Source: Candidatus Woesearchaeota archaeon (lineage in GTDB: Archaea > Nanobdellota > Nanobdellia > Woesearchaeales > UBA9642). From it: a stretch of DNA of 64,000 bases. Shown one piece after another: positions 1 to 9,737 of this stretch. Position numbers and translations under genes: made by a program. The first letter of the stretch is position 1. Each line of letters begins with the position of its first letter. The stretch is taken from NCBI GenBank assembly GCA_038895475.1, contig JAWANI010000001.1:52387-116386 (forward strand). Reading direction: 5' to 3'. The notes under the pieces are model-generated. The model was not told the DNA's origin. It ran no database searches and saw only the letters and a list, made by a program, of their open reading frames with translations.

Positions 1-207
1 TATCCCGGCTTTGATAGCTTGGACACAGATAAAAAGCTTGATCTACTGAATGCAGCATATAATGGCGGACATGGACGTTTAAAAAGCCTTGACTGGAATA
101 TTTCAAAAATGCCTAAGGAAACCAAGGAGTATGTTAAAAGAATGAAAGAGAGAACAGCATTGGAGAGAACAAGATTAAGCTATAAAATCGATAATTATAA
201 ATACTAA
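1..207 (+). CDS. Lytic transglycosylase (SLT-domain) protein, C-terminal fragment (5' truncated by window edge)
   Basis: Frame open from base 1 (YPGFDSLDTDKKL...); AAYNGGxG and PKETKEYV match the SLT motifs AAYNAG...PxETxxYV. Confidence 0.7.
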   Translation, partial: YPGFDSLDTDKKLDLLNAAYNGGHGRLKSLDWNISKMPKETKEYVKRMKERTALERTRLSYKIDNYKY

Positions 208-230
208 TAAGTACAATATATATTTTCTCT

Positions 231-743
231 ATGAAAGTTTCTATAAGAAAAGCGATTCCTGGAGATGGAAAAGCAATAATGGATTGCATAACAGAATCCT
301 GTAATTATGAGTGTGATAAATGCAAAAATAAATATTCTTGTAATAAAAATTTCTTCCTGGTTGCAAATCCGGAGTTAATAGATAAAAAGCTAGCATCAAA
401 AAACAATATAACATTAATAGCAGTTTACAATAATAAAGTTATCGGATTAAGTTTATATTCCATAAACGGTTTTTCTAAAATGCAACACAGGGCAGAATGT
501 GGATGGTTTGTTTTAGAGGCATATTCTAATAATGGCATAGCAACAAAGTTAGTTAGTGAATTAATAAGATATGCAAAGAAAAACAAACTGAAAAGACTGG
601 ATGCTGAAATAGCTGTAAACAATAAAGCATCATTAAGGGTTGCAGAAAAAAACGGTTTTAAAATAGAAGGAAAAAAAATCAATGCATTACTTCTAGAAGA
701 CGGCAGTTTTGAAGATGCATATATTTTAGGAAGACTATTCTGA
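231..743 (+). CDS. GNAT family N-acetyltransferase (RimJ/RimL-like)
   Basis: YSNNGIATKL acetyl-CoA motif, NKASLRVAEKNGFKIEG. Confidence 0.85.
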   Translation: MKVSIRKAIPGDGKAIMDCITESCNYECDKCKNKYSCNKNFFLVANPELIDKKLASKNNITLIAVYNNKVIGLSLYSINGFSKMQHRAECGWFVLEAYSNNGIATKLVSELIRYAKKNKLKRLDAEIAVNNKASLRVAEKNGFKIEGKKINALLLEDGSFEDAYILGRLF

Positions 744-802
744 AAATATTTTAACATAAAATTATTTTAACATATATAGTAATTATTTTTATAAAAATAA
801 CA

Positions 803-810
803 TTTATAAA
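803..810 (+). promoter_or_regulatory. Archaeal TATA box for tRNA-Glu
   Basis: TTTATAAA about 30 nt upstream of the tRNA 5' end. Confidence 0.55.
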
Positions 811-837
811 CATTTTTTAAATCTTAAATTAAATGAT

Positions 838-924
838 GCTCCTGTAGTGTAGTCCGGACAATCATACAGCCCTCTCAAGAAATGGAGAACGGCTGTGACC
901 CGGGTTCAAATCCCGGCGGGAGCA
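838..924 (+). tRNA. tRNA-Glu(CTC) with 12-nt intron (878-889) at 37/38
   Basis: Acceptor GCTCCTG/CGGGAGC, anticodon stem CAGCC/GGCTG, T-arm CCGGG-TTCAAAT-CCCGG; BHB-like central helix CTCT/GGAG. Confidence 0.93.
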
Positions 925-1013
925 TTCAATTTTAGTCTATAGAATGTATTTTTTCTAGAAGTTTGAAGAATAGTGAACATTTTGGTTTTTGTTTTGGTAA
1001 TTTTTTTATAGTA

Positions 1014-2213
1014 TTAATCTCTTAGTTGTTTTCTTAATTGTTTAATATATTTGTTTCTTAGGTATTCTATATAGTTTTTGTCTACTTTCATTATTTTTTT
1101 AATTATTTTTATCCAAAGTGGACTTAATATTATTGTTAATGCTATTACTGATATTGCAAGATTATACTCATACAGTTGCAGTATTTTATTTTTATAACCC
1201 ATATCTATTATGAGGAATCCAAATTCTCCTGCTTGAGCAAGCACTGCAGAAATATAAACGCTTTCTTTGAATGAATTATCCAGTAAAATTAATACTATTG
1301 TGTTAATTATTGTGTTTATAATAAATATGAATAATACCCAGATTATTATATGTATATAGTTTTGTATAATGAATTTAATGTCTATTAAAACTCCTATATA
1401 TATGAAGAAGAATGCTAAAAATATGACTTTAAAAGGCAATAATGCATTCTTAACCCAATGTGTATCTTTATTTGTTGATACAAGTATTCCTGCTACAAAT
1501 GCACCCATTGCCATTGATAAACCGAAAAATTCACTAATTAAAGCACCTGTAAGACAAAACAGTATTGCTAGAAAAACCTGTAACTCATGATCTTTATGAA
1601 CTATTCTTGAAAAAGGCAATTTTATAGGCTTTCTTAATAATATTATTATTATAGAAATAAAAATTATTGTTCCTAAAATTGAGGTGTAAGGTATTGATGT
1701 TGATAATGAATCCTTAGAAAAAAAAGTTAATATCATAATCATAGGTATTACCATAACATCTTGCACTATTGATATTGCTAAAGCATTTTGTCCAATTTTA
1801 GTTTTAAGTTCATTATTATCCTCTAATAGTTTTATTACAACAGCAGTGCTGCTTAAAACTATCACAAAAGATGTTAGTATGCTTCTTTCAATAGACCAAT
1901 TAAAATAATTTCCTATAAAAACACTAAAAATTGCTGTTATTATAATTTGGCCTATTGTTCCTAATATCGCTATTTTCCAGTTAGACAATAATCTAGGGAG
2001 CGATATTTCCATTCCAATAAAAAACAGCAAAAGAATTATTCCTATTTCACCAAGTTTTTCTATTATTTCAGTGTTTTTTATCAATCCTAAACCATTAACA
2101 CCCAGAATTATTCCTGACAATATATATGCAATTGCATAGGGCTGTTTTATATATTTCATTATCAGAAGCAACAATATTATTACTATTGATAAAATTACTA
2201 TAAGTACATCCAT
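1014..2213 (-). CDS. Cation:proton antiporter, CPA2 (Kef-type) membrane domain
   Basis: LLFFIGMEI, LSSTAVV, IVQD, GAFVAG, QAGEFGF motifs; highly hydrophobic; no C-terminal KTN domain. Confidence 0.9.
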   Translation of the reverse strand: MDVLIVILSIVIILLLLIMKYIKQPYAIAYILSGIILGVNGLGLIKNTEIIEKLGEIGIILLLFFIGMEISLPRLLSNWKIAILGTIGQIIITAIFSVFIGNYFNWSIERSILTSFVIVLSSTAVVIKLLEDNNELKTKIGQNALAISIVQDVMVIPMIMILTFFSKDSLSTSIPYTSILGTIIFISIIIILLRKPIKLPFSRIVHKDHELQVFLAILFCLTGALISEFFGLSMAMGAFVAGILVSTNKDTHWVKNALLPFKVIFLAFFFIYIGVLIDIKFIIQNYIHIIIWVLFIFIINTIINTIVLILLDNSFKESVYISAVLAQAGEFGFLIIDMGYKNKILQLYEYNLAISVIALTIILSPLWIKIIKKIMKVDKNYIEYLRNKYIKQLRKQLRD

Positions 2214-2285
2214 AATTTTTTAGAGAAATGCTTTATTTATTAAATTTTTGCAAATAATAAGACTAAATATTTAAATTTAATATTA

Positions 2286-3212
2286 TTAGAAATAATATAT
2301 TATTATAAAAAATATTATATATATTATTGGTACTATTATTAACATGCTGTATTCTGTTAATTTATGTACTTTTTCTACTATTTTTTCTTTTTTCTTTTCC
2401 TGTAAATCAAATAAAGCAATATTTATTATGAAACTTACAAGCAATATAAAATATGTTAGCATCATAAATTTATCAGCAAGAGTTAAATATCCTACTGGAG
2501 GTATTTGGTTTGTTATTGATACATGAAACATTACTGATGCAACCAATGCAGAACTTATCATAGCAACTCTTGTTGCTATTTTATCAGGATCGATAACAAA
2601 ACTGCTTAATGCTACAAGCATTATAAATATTATAGGCAACAAGGTTTTTATGAATGAATTAAGAAATATTTTAGATATATGTATATTTAATGTATATCTT
2701 GAATAATTTTCACCATATATATCGTATTCATGTTCATCTACTACTGCTTCCCAGCCATCTATATTCCATCCTGTAAATATAACTGAATCATCAATCCCTG
2801 TTTGTTCTAAATCCGGAACATATTTTATTTTGTCAATAGTATTAACTTTATCTTCAATTATAATCTGCATTTTTTGTCTGTCAAAAGGAAATTTTATTAA
2901 ATCTACCCTGCTAGCAAGATTTGCCTGTATTCTATAAAATTTTTCGTTTGGCTTGTCTATTATTTTATCAACACTTGTTGCCCTGCCATTCATAAATTCA
3001 AAATTTTCAGGTGAACAATTTTGTTCACAGACCATAGAAAGATAAAAATCTGCTGTGAATGAACCTGTAGATATATCAAATCTTCCGAGATTTAAAACAT
3101 ATATGCCCACTTTAACTTCTTCAGATTTAACTTCAGGCAAAAACAATAAACTCATAAAAACTATAAATAGTAATAATGCTTTTTTATTTAAAAGTTCATT
3201 AAAAGTTTTCAT
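2286..3212 (-). CDS. Prokaryotic pentameric ligand-gated ion channel (GLIC/ELIC-like)
   Basis: Signal peptide, beta-rich ECD (VKVGIYV...FTADFYL), FPFD Pro-loop, four TM helices with LP in M1 and IPPVGYLTLADKF in the M2-M3 loop. Confidence 0.85.
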   Translation of the reverse strand: MKTFNELLNKKALLLFIVFMSLLFLPEVKSEEVKVGIYVLNLGRFDISTGSFTADFYLSMVCEQNCSPENFEFMNGRATSVDKIIDKPNEKFYRIQANLASRVDLIKFPFDRQKMQIIIEDKVNTIDKIKYVPDLEQTGIDDSVIFTGWNIDGWEAVVDEHEYDIYGENYSRYTLNIHISKIFLNSFIKTLLPIIFIMLVALSSFVIDPDKIATRVAMISSALVASVMFHVSITNQIPPVGYLTLADKFMMLTYFILLVSFIINIALFDLQEKKKEKIVEKVHKLTEYSMLIIVPIIYIIFFIIIYYF

Positions 3213-3253
3213 TTTTTCATGGAATTTTTTTTGTATTTTTAAAATTTTTGAAA

Positions 3254-5881
3254 TTAAGTATTTTTAAAAATTTTATATTTATTATTAACAATTTTTAAAT
3301 TATCCATAATTACTGTAAATGCTAAAGCAAGCAATATTGCAAATATCCAAGGAATTATGCTTATCGGTTTTAATTCTAAAACACTATTCAATGGACTGTA
3401 TATTGCTATTATTGTGAACATTATTGAAAATAATGATGCATAAAATAAATACTTATTAATAAAAGGTGACCTTGTTAGTATTAATTTTCTGAACGATCTG
3501 AAATTATATGCATTCACAATTGCAAACAATGTCATAAGAGCAAACACACCCGTTCTAGCTTCATTAATTTCTAAATTAAGAACATGCAGATTAAAGTAGA
3601 ATAAAATTATTGCTCCTATCGTCATTAAAAATCCTGAAATTAGCAAAAATAACAAAATAGGAGTCGTTATTATTTTAGATTTTTTTCTTGGTGGAATACT
3701 CATGACGTCCTTTGAGCTAGGATTAAATACAAGACTTATTGCCGTTATCTCATCAGAGATTATGTTCATAAATAGTATTTGAATTGCTAATAATGGAAGA
3801 GGCAATCCTATTATTATAGATATTGCAATTATGAATAATTGTGCAATATTTATTGATATTTGATATGCTGAAAATTTTTGTATATTCATAAATATTGTTC
3901 TGCCTTCATTTATAGCATCAACTATTGTTACAAAATGATCGTCTTTTAAGGTAATATCTGCAACCTCTCTTGAAACATCAGTGCCGTTTTTACCCATTGC
4001 AACACCAATATGTGCTTCTTTAAGGGCCGGAGCATCATTTACTCCGTCTCCTGTCATTGTAACTATTTCCCCATTATTTTTTAGTGCTTTTACTATCCTT
4101 AATTTATGTTCGGGTCTAACCCTTGCAAATATTGTTATTTTGCTAACGATTTTTGATAATTCATCATCTGTTAATGTATCAAGTTCCTGCCCCGTAATTA
4201 CTTCCCCTTTTAATCCTATTTCTGATGCTATTGCTTTTGCTGTTTCCAAACTATCTCCTGTTATCATTTTTACGTTTATTCCTGCAGTGTTACATAATTC
4301 TATGGCTTCCTTAACTTCAGGCCTAGGGGGATCTTTCATTCCGGCAAATCCTAAGAATATAAGTTCTTCTTCTATGTTTTTAGAATTGATATTGTTTATT
4401 GTTTTGTATGCAAAAGCAATATTCCTAAAACTTTTTTTAGACATAGAATCTATGTTTTTTAATATTGATGCTTTTTTGTTGTCTGTTAATTTTTTTATTT
4501 CATTATTTTCAAGTATATATTTGCATTTTTTCAATAAAATGTCCGGTGCACCTTTTGAATACATTGTTTTTGTTTTTTTTTCTTTTACAATAACACTCAT
4601 CATTTTTCTTTCAGAAGTGAAAGGTTTTTCATCTATTTTTTCGTACTCAAAATCTTCTTTATAGACGCCTAACTTTGCGCCTAATATTATTAATGCTTTT
4701 TCAGTCGGAGAACCTCTTATGATATTTTCATCTTTTCTTTCAATATAAGCATCATTGCACAATATTGCTGTTTTAATTATCATATTAAGGGTTTTGTTTT
4801 CCTTTAAAGAAACTTTTTTATTATTATAGTATATTTCATTATAGGGTTCATTTGTTGGTTTTATTTCAAAAAAAACATTATCGGCAAAAATTTTGTTGAC
4901 AGTCATTTGGCCTGTTGTTATTGTGCCTGTTTTATCAGCGCATATAACTGTTGTCTCTCCAAGAGTTTCTATTATAGACATTCTGTTTATAATGGCATTT
5001 TTTTTTGCCATTCTATATGCACCATTGGCTAGTGCAGTTATAAGAACAACAGGAAAACCTTCAGGGAATGCGGCTATTGCTAACGCAAGAATAACAATTA
5101 ATATTTCTATTGCAGTATCATAAGTGATTGGACTGTTTTTTAATAAAAGCACTATACCTGTTATTATAGATATGGTTAAAGCTAAAATTATTAGTTGTTT
5201 TATAAGAACATTGACTTTCTTTTGCAATGGCAATTCTTTATCAGACTTTGAAATGCTCTCTGCAATAGATCCGAATTTAGTATTCATTCCAGTATGTATA
5301 ACTTTAACGGTGCATTTACCTGTTATTATAAAAGTACCCATATAAACCATATTGTTTTGTGTAAATGCATCTTTTTTATTATCATAATTTTCTTCTGCGG
5401 TTTTTTTGACTTCTTTAGATTCTCCTGTAAGCAGGGATTCATCTACAGCCAAATCTTTTTCTTCTAGAATTATTGCATCTGCAGGAACTTTATCTCCGGC
5501 ACGTAATATTAATATATCGCCCGGAACAATCTCTCTAGTATCTATTTCTATTTCTCTTTTATCACGAATTACTATTGATGTGGGTGTTATCATCTGTCTT
5601 AATGCTTCGATAGACTTTTCTGCTTTGAACTCTTGTATGAACCCCACAAATATCACAATCAGTACTACCAAAAGAACAACATATGCAGTTAAGATTTTTC
5701 CAACAAAGATAGATATCAAAAAAGCACCAATCAATAAATATATTACTGGATTAGTTGTGATTTGTCTTATAAGAATTTTTAGGGGAGTATTGTTATTATT
5801 CTGCTTGATTTCATTTTTTCCGTATTTAGAAAGCAGCTCTTTTGCTTCTTTATTTGTCAGTCCAGTATACAAAAAACTCAC
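3254..5881 (-). CDS. P-type ATPase, type II (Ca2+/cation-transporting)
   Basis: LTGES, PEG, DKTGT, KGAP, MITGD, TGDGVNDAPAL. Confidence 0.95.
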   Translation of the reverse strand: MSFLYTGLTNKEAKELLSKYGKNEIKQNNNNTPLKILIRQITTNPVIYLLIGAFLISIFVGKILTAYVVLLVVLIVIFVGFIQEFKAEKSIEALRQMITPTSIVIRDKREIEIDTREIVPGDILILRAGDKVPADAIILEEKDLAVDESLLTGESKEVKKTAEENYDNKKDAFTQNNMVYMGTFIITGKCTVKVIHTGMNTKFGSIAESISKSDKELPLQKKVNVLIKQLIILALTISIITGIVLLLKNSPITYDTAIEILIVILALAIAAFPEGFPVVLITALANGAYRMAKKNAIINRMSIIETLGETTVICADKTGTITTGQMTVNKIFADNVFFEIKPTNEPYNEIYYNNKKVSLKENKTLNMIIKTAILCNDAYIERKDENIIRGSPTEKALIILGAKLGVYKEDFEYEKIDEKPFTSERKMMSVIVKEKKTKTMYSKGAPDILLKKCKYILENNEIKKLTDNKKASILKNIDSMSKKSFRNIAFAYKTINNINSKNIEEELIFLGFAGMKDPPRPEVKEAIELCNTAGINVKMITGDSLETAKAIASEIGLKGEVITGQELDTLTDDELSKIVSKITIFARVRPEHKLRIVKALKNNGEIVTMTGDGVNDAPALKEAHIGVAMGKNGTDVSREVADITLKDDHFVTIVDAINEGRTIFMNIQKFSAYQISINIAQLFIIAISIIIGLPLPLLAIQILFMNIISDEITAISLVFNPSSKDVMSIPPRKKSKIITTPILLFLLISGFLMTIGAIILFYFNLHVLNLEINEARTGVFALMTLFAIVNAYNFRSFRKLILTRSPFINKYLFYASLFSIMFTIIAIYSPLNSVLELKPISIIPWIFAILLALAFTVIMDNLKIVNNKYKIFKNT

Positions 5882-6020
5882 CTCTTATAAAAAATTGATA
5901 ATCGTTTTTATAAATTTTAATTATTTTTAGTGTTTAGATTATTTATTTAAAGTATTTTTAAATTATTTTAAAATTTATTTAGTCAAATATATAAAATCTT
6001 TCAAATTTATGAAAATTATT

Positions 6021-6091
6021 GCGACTGTAGTATAGCGGTAGAATACGACCCTCCCAAGGTCGTGGCCCGGGTTCGAATCTCGGCAGTCGCA
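6021..6091 (+). tRNA. tRNA-Gly(CCC), intronless
   Basis: Acceptor GCGACTG/CAGTCGC, anticodon arm CGACC-CTCCCAA-GGTCG, TTCGAAT T-loop. Confidence 0.95.
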
Positions 6092-6094
6092 TAC

Positions 6095-6188
6095 GCCCAG
6101 ATCGCATAACCTGGTATTGCGTCGGTCTCGAATCCTGAAAGGAAAACCGATGTCGAAAGACTTCCCGGTTCAAATCCGGGTCTGGGCG
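6095..6188 (+). tRNA. tRNA-Ser(CGA) with 12-nt intron (about 6133-6144)
   Basis: Acceptor GCCCAGA/TCTGGGC, G discriminator, anticodon stem TCGGT/ACCGA, long variable arm GTC-GAAA-GAC. Confidence 0.92.
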
Positions 6189-6240
6189 TTAATCTTTTAG
6201 TATGTTATTTTTCATATTATTTATTTTAAACATGTATAGG

Positions 6241-8841
6241 TTATTTCAAGATATTTTTTATTATGTCTGCTGTTTTTTCTTTATACAAAATTTCATTATG
6301 CAACAATTTTGTCGTAGTGCATTCCCCTTCAATGTAGTATGTTTTATAAGTAAATTCATCCCCTAATTTGGCATTACTTATTGTAACTATTCCGTCAGAA
6401 TCTTCTCCATCCAAATTACATCCTCTTCCAATTATTAAAAAAGTTTTGGGCATATCATATTGTGTATTTATTTTCTTTATAAAATCCGAATCTTTTTTCA
6501 TATCCAGGCATTCATTTTTATTTCCAAACACAATACATAAGTTGTATATTTTTTCTATTATTCCTTGATTAGGGGTTGCAATTAGTATTAAATTATCAAT
6601 ATTTTCATGGCCGTACTTTTGTATATATCTTCTTACAACTAAGCCACCCATTGAGTGTGCAACAATATTTACTTTGTCTTTTTCACTCGTCTTTTTTGTA
6701 TTATCTATTATGTCTTTAAGTCTATCTGCATATTCTTCTATTGTTTCATCTTTAGATTCAATTATTTCATTGCCAAAAATGTCTTTTTTGTTAATATAAT
6801 ATGTGGGTTTTGTTAATATGTCAAACATTATTTTATTACGTGCAGTATAAAAGTCTTCTATTCCTAGACTAATGTATTCATTTGTAAGTTTTTCTTCAAG
6901 AAAATTAAATATTTCAGTGCTTTGATATGCAGAATTTTTTTGATTAAAAGAATGACCATGTATTAGTATTAAGGGATATTTGTCGTATTCAGAACATTTT
7001 TTGCATTTCTTGTAAAAACAACATTTTTTTTCTGGAAAATTCATATCTTTAATATTCGGAGAGTTGTTGAAATCAGGCAACGAATAAGTTTTGAAACTAA
7101 AATTTTTTATTTCTAGATATGAAAGGTTATCGATGTTATTAGTGCTATTGCAATACCTTTCAATATTATTTATCGAGCTTTCCAAAAATTCAAAATTCAA
7201 AAAGAAATATTTAGTGAGATTATGATTTGGCGTTTTGTTGTCAATATTGTTAGAAATATTAATCAGCAATAAATAGTCGTTTTTTTTGTTGTGAATAATC
7301 TGATTATTAATTTTTAAATTACTTAACAAATCATATAAAAAAGCATTTTCTTCATTAATTAGTTCTGTGTTTGAGATATTAGAAGCATTTCTATTGTTTT
7401 TTGTTATATTTCTTGCATTTTCAAGATTTTTTCTTGTTTCTTTATATATTTCACATCTATAATCAATTTCATTAAGCATACTTTTTATATTGCTTTCATC
7501 GATTCTATCTTGATTTAAATCATTCACATCTATGTAAGAATTATTTTTTGATTCATTGAAAATTTTTATAATATTGATTATGTATGCGTCTAAAAGTGTT
7601 TGATTGCATTGTATTATAGAACAGGATAAATTATTGATTATGAAAAAAGTAAGATAATCATGCACTGTATTTTTTAATGATAAATCAAAATAGCTTATTG
7701 TTTCATTAATCTTATTTTCTTCAAGGAAAATTTCTCTAAGAACTTTTTCTTGTTCAAAATCTTTAAGATTATTCTCGATATTGTTTAGTTTTTCAGTGTT
7801 AATATTTATTAAATTAATTGCAGTAAAACCATCAAATTCTTCATAATCTTCTCCAGTATATTTAAAAATCATTTCTTTTATAAAGAAGGCTTTTTTTAAA
7901 TTTTTTTCATGAATCTCCATTACTTTATTATAAAACAATATTCTGTTCTGGACTAATAATAAAAATTCATTAGAGCTATGCAATAATTCTTTGCTCTTAT
8001 TGGATATTTCGTTTAAAATTGAATAAGATTCTTCATAATAATCATCATTCCATTTTTCTGTAATTTCATATTCCTTGTTTCTTAAATCGCTCAGAATATT
8101 ATATTGAGAGTAAACATTTTCTTTAAAAGTTTCATTAAAAAACATTGGCAAACCAAAAACAATATTTGTAGCATGATCTATATTAAGTTCAGAATATCCT
8201 ATGTTGTAAGATACATTATGAAATAAGTTCATCGATTTAATTATTATTTCTTTTTCATGTTCATTTGGTTCACGATTCACAATCAAAGTTTTCCTTCTTG
8301 TATATGTTTTGTTATTAACAGGACAACTTTTTAAATACATGTTTTTACAATAAACAACATATTGATATACAGATTGACCATATCCTTTTTCAACGGGAAG
8401 TGTTAAAGAATTTTTCTTTACGAAATTGTTTTTTACATAAAACGTATTGTTAAAAATAACATTTCCGGAATCGATTGAAATTATGTTTTCGTCACATCTC
8501 GCATTGCATAACCAGTAGTTGTTTATTTCAAGGTATGTGTTAAGGGAAAAATTTTCACCGTGAGTCGCGTTAATAAAATCGAGATTTTCCTTGATGTTTA
8601 AAGTTATATCTTCTTTAATCATCAGATTTATTTTTCTGAAAAAAAACAGTATTAAAAATATAAATATTAAAGTGATTATTATCAAGATGGTTTTTTTTGT
8701 TTTCTTACTGTTTTTTTTGTCTGTATTTTTTAACACAATAGTAAATTGTTGTTGTTTCTTTAAATTTTTAACCATTAATATTTTTTCATTAATATTTCTA
8801 ATCATTGATATACTCATTGATATATATATTATTTTTAACAT
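6241..8841 (-). CDS. Large membrane-anchored protein with C-terminal alpha/beta hydrolase (lipase/PGAP1-like) domain
   Basis: N-terminal TM helix; LIHGH, AHSMGG nucleophile elbow, IATPNQG, DGIV, late His; true start may lie downstream. Confidence 0.8.
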   Translation of the reverse strand: MLKIIYISMSISMIRNINEKILMVKNLKKQQQFTIVLKNTDKKNSKKTKKTILIIITLIFIFLILFFFRKINLMIKEDITLNIKENLDFINATHGENFSLNTYLEINNYWLCNARCDENIISIDSGNVIFNNTFYVKNNFVKKNSLTLPVEKGYGQSVYQYVVYCKNMYLKSCPVNNKTYTRRKTLIVNREPNEHEKEIIIKSMNLFHNVSYNIGYSELNIDHATNIVFGLPMFFNETFKENVYSQYNILSDLRNKEYEITEKWNDDYYEESYSILNEISNKSKELLHSSNEFLLLVQNRILFYNKVMEIHEKNLKKAFFIKEMIFKYTGEDYEEFDGFTAINLININTEKLNNIENNLKDFEQEKVLREIFLEENKINETISYFDLSLKNTVHDYLTFFIINNLSCSIIQCNQTLLDAYIINIIKIFNESKNNSYIDVNDLNQDRIDESNIKSMLNEIDYRCEIYKETRKNLENARNITKNNRNASNISNTELINEENAFLYDLLSNLKINNQIIHNKKNDYLLLINISNNIDNKTPNHNLTKYFFLNFEFLESSINNIERYCNSTNNIDNLSYLEIKNFSFKTYSLPDFNNSPNIKDMNFPEKKCCFYKKCKKCSEYDKYPLILIHGHSFNQKNSAYQSTEIFNFLEEKLTNEYISLGIEDFYTARNKIMFDILTKPTYYINKKDIFGNEIIESKDETIEEYADRLKDIIDNTKKTSEKDKVNIVAHSMGGLVVRRYIQKYGHENIDNLILIATPNQGIIEKIYNLCIVFGNKNECLDMKKDSDFIKKINTQYDMPKTFLIIGRGCNLDGEDSDGIVTISNAKLGDEFTYKTYYIEGECTTTKLLHNEILYKEKTADIIKNILK

Positions 8842-8912
8842 TATTTTTAATATATGTTGTTTTGTAAAAATTTAGTAAAAATTTATAAAGACATTTTGTT
8901 TTTTTTTAATGA

Positions 8913-9539
8913 ATGAATGAGATGTATGTAAAAAGGAGAAATGTATTTATAATGGGTGCATTTATACAACTTTTATTCTTATTATATTCTATATTTTTTA
9001 AGCCGAAATTTATTATGGACAACATTTTTTGTTTAGTAGCAATAGGTTTGTTTTATTTAATAGAGCAAAAAAATCCTTTAAATCCAATAGTCATATTTTT
9101 AGGATTTCTTCCATTATATTTTCATAATCTGGGAGTTTTATTTGGGTTCTTTAGCATCAGAATCTTTGAAATAGGATATGATAAATGGGCTCATTTAATA
9201 AATAGTTTGTTTGCAACAATAGTAATATTTTACATACTAATATCACACTCTAAAGAGCGGATAATAAAAAATATAATAATAGCAATATTAATCATGCTGG
9301 GGTTTAATTTAATACACGAAGTTAATGAATTTATAGGAACAAGATATTTAGGAATATATAGTGAGAGTCTTTTTAGTGTTGGGGATGGTTTAGAGCCCTC
9401 CATTTCGGACTTACAAGTATATGATGCATGGTGGGATATGATATTTGATATTTTTGGAGGAATAATCGCAGGATTTATATTATTAATTATAAGAGGTGCT
9501 GAAAAACATCACGGAAGAGATTATTTGAAAAACATTTAG
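8913..9539 (+). CDS. Integral membrane protein, DUF2238/YjdF-like
   Basis: Multiple TMs with YDKWAH, HEVNEF and DAWWDM...G motifs. Confidence 0.6.
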   Translation: MNEMYVKRRNVFIMGAFIQLLFLLYSIFFKPKFIMDNIFCLVAIGLFYLIEQKNPLNPIVIFLGFLPLYFHNLGVLFGFFSIRIFEIGYDKWAHLINSLFATIVIFYILISHSKERIIKNIIIAILIMLGFNLIHEVNEFIGTRYLGIYSESLFSVGDGLEPSISDLQVYDAWWDMIFDIFGGIIAGFILLIIRGAEKHHGRDYLKNI

Positions 9540-9678
9540 TTTATGTTTAATTTTACATTTAATCTTTAAATATTAATAAAATTTTAAATATTTAATTATT
9601 CTTTAGTCAAAAGATTATTCTAAAAGTCCTAAAAGACAACATTTATAAATAATTATTTTTTCCTCTCATAAAACCCGA

Positions 9679-9733
9679 TAGACAATTCAGTCCTTTCTTT
9701 TGACTGATTGTTTACTACATATATGTAGGAGGG
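9679..9733 (+). promoter_or_regulatory. Structured 5' leader of the L1-L10-L12 operon
   Basis: Hairpin TAGACAAT-TCAGTC/GACTGA-TTGTTTA, then CTACAT/ATGTAG abutting the GGAGG SD; TATA TTTATAAA at 9642. Confidence 0.5.
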
Positions 9734-9737
9734 AAAA

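Noticed and set aside
3981..5930. Long antisense ORFs over the P-type ATPase (likewise over dnaK, EF-2 and ATPase 2)
   Set aside because: Codon-bias shadows of well-supported genes on the opposite strand
5979..6173. 64-aa minus-strand ORF
   Set aside because: Antisense shadow of tRNA-Gly and tRNA-Ser
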